Of a stretch of 29,406 nt of DNA, positions 12,400 through 22,869 are shown piece after piece. The notes under the pieces were generated by a model, which saw nothing but the letters and a program-made list of their open reading frames with translations, was not told where the DNA came from and did not search any database. Within the stretch, counting starts at the first letter, position 1; each line of letters begins with the position of its first letter. The stretch is taken from positions 62,001-91,406 of the forward strand of contig JYFJ02001101.1 in assembly GCA_000934665.2 (NCBI GenBank), written 5' to 3'. The stretch is from Catajapyx aquilonaris. Taxonomy: Eukaryota. Both the position numbers and the translations under genes were made by a program.

Positions 12400-12670
12400 C
12401 GTGAATAAGTAATCCCAACTGGTGGCGGCGGGACTCAAGGAAGCAATTTCCTATGTGAATGTGAATCTGGGAGCGCAAGTCTTGGATTGCACGTTTTCTT
12501 TAAGCCAGATTTTGATGGCGCCCGATTCAATCAGAGCCTCCAATTTAGAATCTAATAGACGGAAATTACTTAGGGAAAGCGCTGTGAGTACAACGCACAC
12601 ATTACGGTTAAATACGATGTTAATACTTGAATACTTGCACACATGCCGGATGAAAAATAGGCAAAACTTC
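12400..12670 (-). mobile_element. Decayed retropepsin (aspartic protease) with a possible upstream knuckle remnant
   Basis: RLLDSKLEALIESGAIKIWL resembles the ALxDSGA active-site motif (EALIESGA at 12540-12517). Beta-strand-like QIHIHIGN follows, and a weak knuckle-like FCLFFIRHVCKYS lies upstream (about 12665-12628). Confidence 0.5.
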
Positions 12671-13244
12671 GACCTACTCGTAGATGTCGTGACAGGAAGT
12701 GGAGTAACGTGTGAAGCCTTTTACTTATGAGCTCTAATGGGCCCAGCATGTACTATCCGTTCCAAATAGTTCTGACCACTTCGTCCTGACGCTTTCGTTC
12801 ATCCTGGTCTTGAAGCAACCCTTTGCACAGGCTCTAAGGTGAGAATCTGCTTTGTTTTTTTTTCCTCCGCCTTTAATCTCATTTTCCCCCTCGCCCGCTC
12901 GCTTATCTGTCTTTGCAACCAAGCCAGTTGCAAGGTGCCTCCGATTATGACGCCGAATATTACGATTTTTTAATTGCTAATTCTGACTCATGTGCTGATT
13001 GATTCCGATAGAATGTAAATCAGCGCAAAAGTTTTATTCTGGCGTGCTGCTCAAAATGATAGGTCGGAATAGAGCATGAAAGATTCGATAGAGTGTGATG
13101 GAAAACATTTGGCGGGGAAATAGTAATTATCTCCCGAGTTACATGGGAGGGGATGATTGTGGGGGTGGAGAAAAGGCGGCAGATTACGTCTCTTTCATCC
13201 TTTAACATAATTACTCGTTTGCACTTCTCAACTGTGACCTTTCA

Positions 13245-13790
13245 TTAAAAGCAGCATATGTGACGAACTGGACTCACGCCGGGTGGGGGTGGGGGGCTAT
13301 TTCTGTCAAAACCGTAACTAATGTGCACTATTGAAAAAGATAGTCGACATACGTTGGCACTAGCAATAATTGCATACCTCCTTCCGTTGTGCGATGACCT
13401 GTGGTTGCCACGTTGGTCCTACCCATTTGGATGAATACAGACGACGAATGTAGACTGGTGGCGTCAGGTTTGAAGCATTCAGGTGCTACACTTTACGGGT
13501 GAACACTGTGTTGGTTATCAGTACTGAGATACAGCTAATATCATCGTCACATTAGACGTATCTCAGTACTGACGACCACCTGCAGGAGTTGACCTCTCAC
13601 AGCACGAGTCCGTCACTGACCTGTTAGGGTCTCCCCAAGAGAGACGACCATGCCAGACTGACTTGCTGGAACCTTTCCGGAGGACTGATCCGGGGCTTCC
13701 TGTAGCTCTTTCTGTCCGGGTCGAGGTAATCAGATTTTTGCGAAAAATAACCCATCCTCCATGGTGACTGAACAGGAAGCCCGTGTCATA
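13245..13790 (+). mobile_element. Decayed Ty3/Gypsy reverse transcriptase
   Basis: One frame contains EKDSRH (DSRH at 13339), YPFG* (PFG at 13423-13431), VLHFTGEHCVGY (Y at 13516, 31 codons after the P of PFG, close to the usual spacing) and TANIIV (resembles xDDIIV). After frameshifts come DDHLQEL (resembles EEHLxxL) and EVIRFLRKI (resembles EVxFLGxI). Confidence 0.55.
13512..13578. repeat. 67-nt hairpin (inverted repeat)
   Basis: TCAGTACTGAGATAC (13518-13532) is the exact reverse complement of GTATCTCAGTACTGA (13558-13572). The stem extends outward (TGGTT/GACCA, with one G:U and one mismatch) and inward (CTAAT/ATTAG), leaving an 11-nt loop. Confidence 0.9.
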
Positions 13791-14719
13791 TACAGATCGG
13801 AAATGTAGCAACAGGACTAAAAGGGCGTGGGTTTCTAACCTCAAGAATAGAGTAACTCTATTCTTGAGGTTGATATGCTCTCTCCTTCTTTATTGTATTT
13901 ACTCCGGGATTTCCTTTTCCTGGCCAATCAAAAGCACTAAAAGAATCGTGTGGGGAAATGTGCCAGGTAGAACTGGAAAAATGTAATCCGAAGGCAAGAA
14001 AAATTTCGGACTTCACCCTGGAGCTATTCAATCTGACTGTGAGCAGTATATACACAGAGCCGGAGCGTACGGGTAGATAATGATGTATTTATATATATTT
14101 ATTGCTACAAGTGCAGTACAGTAATCGCGGCGTGAAATTCCTTCGCTGCCACTAGACTGCGTGTGGAATTGTTTCGCATAGCGGGTAGACTAGGAAATAA
14201 ATGGAACGGTGACGAGGAAGTCAAGGTGGCCATTAATTAATCTGCTCTCGGACCCAAAATAATTTTTTATTCTCAAAACCCTAGGGTTGCGAGTTTCAGC
14301 TTGACCGTTGTAATAATGCTGTCACTTCAATACGTTTTGCATGCCTGCCACACGTTGCATGCATTTCCTACCTCATTTTTTAATTCCTTAGTATTTTTTT
14401 CCCTACATTACTTCTCAGCTGGAAATTCCAGCTTTTGCTGGTCGGATAAAAACCGCGCAAATTTTCCTTTGTAAATTTTACTGGCGTTTGTGCATTTTCC
14501 TCCCCAAAGCCCCCCCTTTCCGTCCTGATTTACGATTTCTAATTAGCCCTCCCAGTGATAGTTTATTTCCACAAACGCGAGCTGGAAAGTCGCGCCCGTG
14601 GGCGTCGCTCTGGTGCACGAAAATCGCGCCGGAAAACAAGCTCATGATGGCGCCTCTCCTGGAAATATGGCGCCGCTGTGTATATATACACCGGTGGGGG
14701 ATTGACCCCGAGGACACAC

Positions 14720-15370
14720 TGCCCCCAGACAGAAGGGTTTTATAGAGAGCGGTTTTGACCCTTCTCCGAGGAAAAAAGTCGGTCTCATGAAACATGAAAG
14801 TTGCATTACAAAGAGCTTCCACTGGGTTGAATAAAACTGCAGTTAATGCTGGCCTGTAGTGACCAGTGGCTTCCTTGGCTTGTATGATACTGAATCCAAA
14901 AACTATCTGTTCATTGTTCCCAGCATTTGCCAAATAGGTCTGTACAGTATAGCGAGTGTAATTAAAATAGAGCAGACAATCCATCATGCACTTGTTTTGT
15001 TTTGAAAGCAATTATACCACCTGATAGATTTTTGAAGAATGCAGAGGTGTATCAGCTCCCACGCGTTTATTGATTGCTTTTGTTTCTCTTATACTGCGTG
15101 AATTCCGCCGTGCCCAATTACTACTGTACCAGATTTCATGTAACTGTAACGGTGTGTATTCATAGAGTGACGATATAATTATTCCCCATTTTAGCATTCT
15201 GCTAATATTGACCAAAAATGTTTTCCTAGAACTTCTGGTGCAACACACTCAAATAATGTTTGCTTCATGTTGTAGGCCATAATATTGAAGTTTGCGACAT
15301 CAATCAGGAGACTGTCACAGCTGTTTTATACCCATTTCATGTCCATTTTTCTAGCTTGTTGGCTGAACAT
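14720..15370 (-). mobile_element. Decayed Mutator-like (MULE) transposase fragment
   Basis: MMDCLLYFNYTRYTVQTYLANAGNNEQIVFGFSII...FNP...TFMFHETDF matches the spacing of the MULE catalytic region as I recall it (first Asp at 14981-14979, N at +6, LA at +16/17, GN at +20/21, later NP and the second-Asp region). In frame upstream is LHEIWYSSNWARRN, similar to the pre-catalytic segment. Confidence 0.6.
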
Positions 15371-16121
15371 GAAATGTGAATTTTTTTCTAATCGCTTTTT
15401 AAACAATCGTATCCCTTTTTTTCTGAATGAAAATAGTAGTTGCCCTATACCTCTTTAGCTTTTCCCCACCCGACCCATGACCCTCCCTAAACCAAGCCGG
15501 TTCTGTGGTTGAAACAGTTCGAGATTGGAAAACAAAGGGTGTGCATCGGACCGCGCTTAGGAGGCATTGTTCCATTGTTGTGGAGTGGGCACCCGTTGGG
15601 GAGGATTTACAATTCGAGCATTGTGAGCTGTCGTTGACTTTTACGGTGTACCATCAGTCCAAATCGATACGTTCGAAAAAAATAACCTTCCCCTCCAAAA
15701 ATTTCCATTCCCGGTATAAAATTTTCATTACGAATACCTTCCCACTTGCGACCTCCCCCAAAAAATCGGCTCTTCTTGGGAGACGCATCGGTGGAATAAA
15801 AAAATTGTATGCAAGACTGTGCCCTGCAGAACTCTTCATAATGCATTAACGCGGTTTTGAGGAGACGAGGAGGGAAAAAGGAGCCATTCATCATGCTTTC
15901 CTTTCCCAAAGCTGGATTGCATATCATTCCCTTCGCAGGAGACAACGCTTCTTTTTTTTACCTCTCCTTTTCCGCAGTTTCAATCTTTTGTGGCTTCCCG
16001 CACCAAAAGGCCCTTTCGAGATGGATCTACGTTTTGCAGATATGTGGGCGCATTCCAAAACCTCATTTTTTCGGAAAAATAAAAAAAGGCGGTAAATCTT
16101 CGTGCCCTCATGCTTTGAATG

Positions 16122-16183
16122 TACAGGGTGGTCCTGTAACTTCTCCGCTTTTACCTAAACAAGCAACGATGGACCACCCTGTA
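16122..16183. mobile_element. Ultra-short Tc1/mariner-type MITE (58 bp plus TA duplication)
   Basis: TA-CAGGGTGGTCC (16122-16134) ... GGACCACCCTG-TA (16171-16183): perfect 11-bp TIRs with the CAGGGTG terminus and flanking TA. Confidence 0.75.
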
Positions 16184-16889
16184 CATACAAAGACAGAAAA
16201 AATTGACTTTTTGTGTGGGTGGGAAGACGCTTTACGATTTGACTACGGGGAATGTCTGCTCCGAATCGATCTGTGATGCCAAGAGAGGTCAGTTGAACAT
16301 TGCGGAACTTGCGGCTGTACTTATATCCGCATCGACACACTCGCAATTTGCTCTCCTGTCACGGATTGTGTTCACCCCCCCTGTAGACCAAACCTCCCCC
16401 AGTGCTATTGAAAACGGGGAGTGGCGACCTGTGAGTTTGGCCCCCCCTCCCCCTTCACTTGTATTGATCTGACCGAAATGTGACCACCCCCTAGGAGTTT
16501 CCACACACGGTTCGTATTTTATCATCGTTGCACACCCCACCTACCTACCTCCCCCCCTCCAATGGCGGCCTACATAAATCTCTCTTCACGAGGGGGTGGC
16601 AATTTGTCCTTTGGAAATAAATTCCATCGGCCTCCTATGCAAGCAGGGCGCGGGCACAAGGGAAGCTCATGTAGGGAATGGTTTATCAGGAAGCGTGCCA
16701 AGAACACACTGGTCCTATACCGCATCAGGAAAAAAGGAGATAGATAGATAGAATGGGTGGGAGAGAGGGAAAAGAATTATAAAAATGGCTGGCTTGAGTT
16801 GCCCTAGCTCCTAAGAGGATTGCGGACTTAACCTGGTCTGCACTTAAGAGATATTGGTGAGAGATTGTCTTTAGCTGGAAGGATAATTT

Positions 16890-17470
16890 CTTTAAGTGCA
16901 CACCTGGGACGATTTTGCAAGTTGCATGAGGATTAAAAAGATGCCCTTGTTTGTCTTGACTTGGTTAGGCAGCAATACTTCATTAATACATTCACCTGAT
17001 GAAGATGGTAAGAAGCTCAAATTCGTGCATAACTTTGTGTAGAAATATAGACATATTTTAAATTACTACTGGCAGTTGAAGGCAATTTAATCATTAGTTA
17101 TTATTACCATCAGTGGCATAGCAAAGTATTATTAACTAGCTCAATTTAATGACTGCATCAATATATTATTGTAATGAATAATATAATATATATTAATAAT
17201 AATTATAATGTATAATATGTAATAGTGGTATGGGTGAAATACAATATATTAAATTTTAGTCTCTTTTCTGACAGTAGACTGCCTAAAATGTTATTTCCGT
17301 TCAAGAATGTCTATGTCAGCAATTACAGTTCTAACTGCTACAATAGGGATGTCACGATGGCTTTGAAAGTTCCAAAGGACTGCATACTCCAACGATACAG
17401 AGTCCCAAACTCTGTCATTTACTTTAAAGTACTTCCGAGCAAAAGTAACAATGTCACCTGATGGTACTTA
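16890..17470 (-). mobile_element. Decayed hAT transposase C-terminus (dimerisation domain)
   Basis: TKLCTNLSFLPSSSGECINEVLLPNQVKTNKG (LP...KTNKG at 17011-16943) aligns without gaps to the hAT pattern LPxSSAxCERxFSxMNxIKTxxR. An upstream open stretch GDIVTFARKYFKVNDRVWDSVSLEYAVL (about 17460-17375) resembles the preceding region. An AT-rich tract separates the two parts. Confidence 0.55.
17158..17224. repeat. AT-rich low-complexity tract, (AAT)/(AT)-like
   Basis: Almost pure A/T sequence with AATAAT and TATATA repeats. Confidence 0.8.
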
Positions 17471-19083
17471 AAAAGTTTCATGGAGCAATTAGCTGTAAGC
17501 TCTCTCATTAAAATGTGTATACGTATGCCAAAGTTTTATATCCTTGTTTTGTATAACTTACTCTGCCAGTTAAGTGTCTTCGAAATGGAGAGGACAGAAT
17601 TTACTGAGGCTAAATCTATCGGAAATTAGTCTTGCACTGTAAATCCCCAAAAAGAAAAGGCGCTGACGTAAATCCATACGAAATTTTTAATTCTTGCTTC
17701 TATAATAGGTTCGTGCAAATTCATTAACATAATGCGCGGTTCTAAATCGGATAATAAGTTTAATACTTGGTGCAGCGGCGGTTTATCCTGAGCAGCACTG
17801 TACACTTCATTACTGAAATGTACACCACGGATAATTATAGATAATTACGAGAATTTCAATAGTTTGCCACGACTTCCCATTTATCACCCCAGCCCGTGCG
17901 CTCAGAGCTCCTCGTTTTGTCCGGACTTAATTAGGTCAGTCCTAGAGAAAAAAAAAAACCGGGACAGACCTCCGCGAATTAATATTTTGGCGAATAAAAA
18001 AAAGTGAGGGGCAGGGTTCCATAATTATTCACAAGACGTCACAGCGGTCCCGGACTCTGCGTCTGATGTCCCCGCAGCCAGATCTGTCAGGGACAGGTTA
18101 GCACACTTTTGGAACCTGGCTCCTGAAACGGCAATAAGTTGGGTTCTTTTGTGAGCCTTTCACGTCCCAAAAATGTTTACACGGAAAGGTGGAAATCACG
18201 AAGAAAAGGAAAAGAAACTTGGTTCTTTTTTTTTGAGTGTGTCTGGCTCGTCAAGCCTTCTTCGCCTGCATATTCCCAAGAGATGCATGGCCCCTTCTTT
18301 ACCTAAAAGTACGGCCACTGTGGCGTCACTCGCAATATCTGTGTTTTTGCAGGCGAAAAGCTGGCGAATTTTTACGAACAAGAGCAGTTTATTGTGGGAC
18401 GGCTGCGGTTGTGAAACCGCGGGGACAGTTATCTCCGCTTGCGTCAAAGTGTATTCTGGCGCAGTTAAAAGTGACATAAACCCTTTTCTCTACGTATTTA
18501 TAGTAGCTCTTCCTGGACAATAACTTTGTTCTACTTCCCATTTTATGGCTCAGGTTGGCATTGCGAGAAATATGTCTTTGGATGTTACTACCATAAAGGC
18601 TAAGGACCGGCCAAAAAGTGGCGGGTGGGACGAGCACAAAAAAAATATTTTTTGCTCACAAAATTGAGCATTGTCGTTATCGAGGTTAAGTCTGAGATGA
18701 CCTGATACGAGCTCATTTTGACCGGAATGCACGTGTATTTGGGTGGGTAATAAGACCTGAGGGTTATGAAACGGGGGAAAAAAAGGGACAACTCTATTCC
18801 TGACCATATATCGATGTGCCAGAATACTGTGTAACATGTGAATTTTATATTACAAGGGAGGGGATAAGATCTAGGGTTAGATGCTGTGTAATATTAATGA
18901 GCAACGATTGCTTGGGGGAATTAGATTACATGCTTCTTAGACTTGCGCGCAATTGCATCGGTGGGGAAATTCCCAAATGTTGCAAAATGTCTGGCTTATA
19001 AGCACACCGTTTAAGTAGATTTTGTGAATTCTCGGGCGTTTAAAATGTGACAGAATGAACCGGTCGTTTTTTGCGATATGAGT

Positions 19084-19330
19084 ATACAGTGACAAAAAAA
19101 TGTGATGGTTCGGGCTAGTACAGATTACATTTTTTTGCGATTTTCAAAATACAAGTAGGCCATTTTTTCATAAATATTTAGGCACCGGGATGGCTAGAAA
19201 AAAACACTAATTTCCAAAACGCATAGGAAATCCATCAGAATCAGCATACTGTGTCCGTGCATTTTTGATTGAAAGCGATTTTTAAAGGTTCGTTTTGAAC
19301 TGTGGCCGGATGTAAAAAAAACACCCTGTT
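19084..19330. mobile_element. Possible Tc1/mariner-type non-autonomous remnant
   Basis: Ends in AAAAAAAACACCCTGT, the reverse complement of the ACAGGGTGTTTTTTTT type of Tc1/mariner terminus. It starts TACAGTG, which does not match that end well. Confidence 0.3.
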
Positions 19331-19399
19331 TAGTACCGTGTGTGCCAAAAATCACGACGTTAATTCCGACATGTTTACAGCCAGGTCGGGTCCTAAGTG

Positions 19400-20050
19400 T
19401 GCGAAACAGCTTGCATTTGTCGGCTCATCGGACACAACCAAACACTACGCTTCATTGAGTATTTTAACTGTGACAGCACCGAGTGTTTGCATATAATATC
19501 ATAATAATTGAGAAAGGCATCCGTGATAACGTGTCAGTAATATCATAAACAGCGTATGATATAGTGTAAACGACCGGGCCTAAATTATCTGTGAATAAAA
19601 TGTTTATGAACCTTTGGAATGCTGATGAGAGGATGATATAATTTTGGCCCTGTCCGTATTAATGTGGTCCCAGAAAATAGCAAAACATGGTTGTTCACGC
19701 CGGTAATGGTCGGATGCAGTGTTGTTCATGCGTATTTATCGGCGCGCGTAAAATTAGCGGATACGGAATTTTGTTAATTTAATTACCCGCCATTAGTTTC
19801 TTTCTTGAAATAATTGTCTCTCGATGTCATCCACGCTGCCCACACTCATTACATGTGATATACACACATGCATGACAGATTAGCAGAGAACCGCCTCTCA
19901 AAATCTATTACCGTGATTTGAAAAACATACATGACACATGTGTTGTTTTTTATCTTCCCAAAAGTGATAGAGCCCTGTAAAGTGGCGGTTAACACGGAAG
20001 ATGAACCTTAATGTCTGTAGAACCAACAATGTATTATATTTTTTGTTGGT
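19400..20050 (+). mobile_element. Decayed LINE reverse transcriptase
   Basis: Degenerate motifs occur in the expected order: QLAFVGSSDTT (19407-19439, resembles QFAFRxxxSTT), LRKAS-DNV (19508-19533, resembles KAFDxV), VPENS (19667-19681, resembles VPQGS), KNIHDTC (19921-19941, resembles KYVDDT) and WRLTRKMNLNVCRT (19983-20024, resembles WxxxxKMxLNVxKT). Confidence 0.55.
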
Positions 20051-20859
20051 CAGTCGACCCCCGAACAAAACGGTGGGATGGTTCGAAACGGCCGGTTGCA
20101 TGTGTTCCAGATACACCTCACTTGATCCCGACCAGAGATAGGACCGCTCCTTGATTACAGGAACCCCGTTTGCAATGCTCGCCATAAATCACGCCCCTCG
20201 AGATCACAGGACTCTCCGCACATGCTTGAGTGAAAATGAAAGATGGCTTTTGGTAGTGGAACACGGCCAAGATCCCACATCCATCGCTCAAGACGCAGGT
20301 GAAACACATCAAACCTTGCGGCCAACCAAAAAAAAAAACATCATTATAATTCGTCTTATTCTTGTGCGTTATCTAGAGCAATTACGTGTATCAGATAAAG
20401 CCGATTTTGCGTGCCACATTGTATCGAACTGCCAGGGAGCAACAATAATAACAACGCTAAAATTTAGCCTGAAAGCTATAATCGCTGCTACTAGCGGAAG
20501 CTGCTATTTGTTGCCGTTACTGGTAACTGCTACTTTCAAAGAGTATAATAGCCGAATCCCTGTTTCGCTCTTCTCTTCCGGAGTGTCCAGCAGTCCAACC
20601 CTCAACATGCATTGTGTTTTTTTGTGGCTAGCACTTACTAAACGCGTAGATAGCGTAAGAATTACCTAGCGCTGAGTGAGCCTGGTATAGTCACGAGCAG
20701 GCCGTTACTCTCGGCCGCACTTTGGCCAGCCCCGAAGGCTCCTTTTTTCCATAATGGGTGCAGTAATAGCCAGCCGCATGCACCATACTCTAGCCTCAAA
20801 AAACCTCTCGACGACTAAGTGCCAGGTTCTGAAGGAAAATTTTGAGCAGAGAGCGAACA

Positions 20860-20884
20860 GGGGGGGGGGGGNNNNNNNNNGGGG
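20860..20884. other. Poly-G tract containing a 9-nt assembly gap
   Basis: N run at 20872-20880 inside a G homopolymer. Confidence 0.95.
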
Positions 20885-21454
20885 TAGCTCGCGATATATT
20901 TGCAGTGTTTTCAACTAGAGCAATTACTGGGGAACAAGGCGGCCTGCGCCTGGGCCTAATCTCTTTCCAAATCCTCGCGAGTTACGGACCCGGCCATTAC
21001 TGTCGGTCGTAAACCAAGGCTTGATGCAATGGGTTGACTCTCGAATAATAAGTTGCCAGTTATTATGTCCGGCTGGCGTCACCTGGCTGGATCCAGGAGG
21101 GGGAGAAAACCCTGCACCTTTTTCCCTCCCCCAGGAAAAAAAATTAATGCAAATCGGATTGCCTGGAAAATTTTATCTCCTTGGCGCGGCTCTGATTATT
21201 ATCCCCGGATTAATGCGGGCCGTAAATCGTAATTGAGTATGTGCCGATAAGATTAACGACCCCCGGTGCATGTCTATTAATATGGGGGGTTTGGGACCTA
21301 TAGTGGGGGCATGTGGCAGGTAACAAAAATTGCACATTGACGCCAATTGATCTGAAAGTAATTCCCCGGCCCGTCATGTATCTGAATGGTTAACTATTTA
21401 GTTCGCAGTTGGAAACGGCCAGCTAATTGTAGCCAACTAGCGCTAATTGTGGCT

Positions 21455-22200
21455 TTGCGGGCATATGATTTACCATGGGCGCCATTCGACAATAAAAGTT
21501 GTAATAGAGATGTTGTCACGCACTGCGCATATATATAACGTTTCAACCGATCAGTTCCAATCAACTATTGGCTGGTGACAAACACCTTTAAAGAGCTGCT
21601 GGAAAATGTCAGTCAATTATTTCCTGTTTATGACTCTTAACATAGTTCCTATACGTACCGTAATGAGGTTATTAGTACTGAAGCCCATCGCACCAGAAAT
21701 ATGTCTGCATTATTTTCTGTTTCATTTTTAAATATTTTTCTTTGCGTGAACGAACACTCTAACGTAATGGCTGAAAATATAACAGTTGTGCAGATGGGAC
21801 GCTAGGTCTGTGTTAACAAAGTTTTTCTAAAATGTTATAAAACAGCTAAATGACGCAAGGAGTGTTCCTTTCTTGTTGGCCAAGCCTGTATCGTGTGTCA
21901 GGCATTTTCCAAAAACCTTCCACACTGAAAGTAGCAGGAGTGCTGGTGCCGGCTTACCATAGGAGAGGACTCAACAAGTTTGGATCAGTTGCAAAGTGTC
22001 TCTTGTAGCCATGTTGAACAAGTTGAAAAGCCTTTCGGGAGTGTTTAAATTTCGATGGAAATTAGCCCCAAATTTGTGCCTTACCGCACCTGAGCAACAC
22101 AAAACAACGGATGCCTCGAAGTTAGCTGTTGGGGGCTGATGTTATAAGGCGACTAGCTGGCTTGTGGAAGTGACACACCGCCATTGGGAAGCAAAAGTGG
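21455..22200 (+). mobile_element. Decayed Ty3/Gypsy pol (RT, connection, start of RNase H)
   Basis: In order: TIKVVIEMLS (21489, resembles PxIxxxLDxL), NYWLV (resembles GYWQ), VMRLLVLKPIAPEI (21660, resembles VMPFGLKNAP), VRHFPK/PSTLK (21897-21930), AYHRRGLNKFGSVAKCL (resembles GYYRRFIxxFAxxAxPL), KAFRE...CALP, and TTDASKLAVGG (22104-22136, the RNase H TDAS motif). Confidence 0.7.
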
Positions 22201-22265
22201 AACAAAATGGTGCCTACCCAATCCTGGCAGCCCAGGCCTTTTAGCTCGCACGTAGTACTGAGAAA

Positions 22266-22470
22266 TCAAAGGAGAGGCTTGATGAGGCGAGAGGCCATCA
22301 AGTAGAGTGGGCAGGAATCGCGAGCCCGCTTACCAACCGCATGTTCATGTCCGTCCAGCTGACACCTGAAACGTACAGGGCTGGAAAATCCTTTTTGGAC
22401 TCCCCCACCCTTCAAGTGAGTTATTCCCTGCAGCCACACTTTAACTAATGGTAACGGACGTGACAAGAAG
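22266..22470 (-). mobile_element. Gag tail fragment with a degenerate CCHC zinc knuckle
   Basis: RFRCQLDGHEHAVG (22373-22332) has exact CX2CX4HX4C spacing. The two lost Cys codons (CGT, GGT) are each one change from TGT. Confidence 0.4.
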
Positions 22471-22869
22471 AAGGGAAGAGATGGGGTTTGAAACCGGTTG
22501 AAAAGTTACGTCGTGGCCTGGATTTCAACTGGTCATACCTGAACCATCTTCTGTCCACTTTGATGTAACCTGTAGGGCCCCAAAGATACGTCATATTGGA
22601 GGTCAGAGCTGCCTACATAATCTAAGCACGAAACTCAAACTGTCCGTGTTATCATAGTAGTTGACAGGTTCGGGATACTGTAAGGCGAATCTACACTGGC
22701 ACCTGGAAGAGATAGGGAAGCAACTACAGGTTTATCGTCCATCAGTTGGGATAGGTCAAGTATACGCTAAAACTAGGTTGGAATAAATGAACAACTGTTT
22801 TACATAATCAGGTCTTGATCTTTTGGTGTTGGTGCTCCTGGACTTATATCCAAGTTTTATTATAGGCAG

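Noticed and set aside
12240..12515. Plus-strand knuckle WGHVALQS and protease-like YVNVNLGAQVLD
   Set aside because: The minus strand over the same region gives a much better protease motif (EALIESGA), and the plus-strand knuckle lacks its cysteines. Left unassigned.
13500..13522. miR-317-like sequence TGAACACTGTGTTGGTTATCAGT
   Set aside because: Several mismatches including the seed end, no properly spaced partner arm, and it lies in the RT coding relic.
17344..17356. TAGGGATG as a hAT terminal inverted repeat
   Set aside because: No partner end was found, and it lies inside the minus-strand hAT-like coding block.
20151..20669. 172-aa plus-strand ORF
   Set aside because: It crosses a poly-A run, has a non-ATG start, and shows no domain similarity I can recognise.
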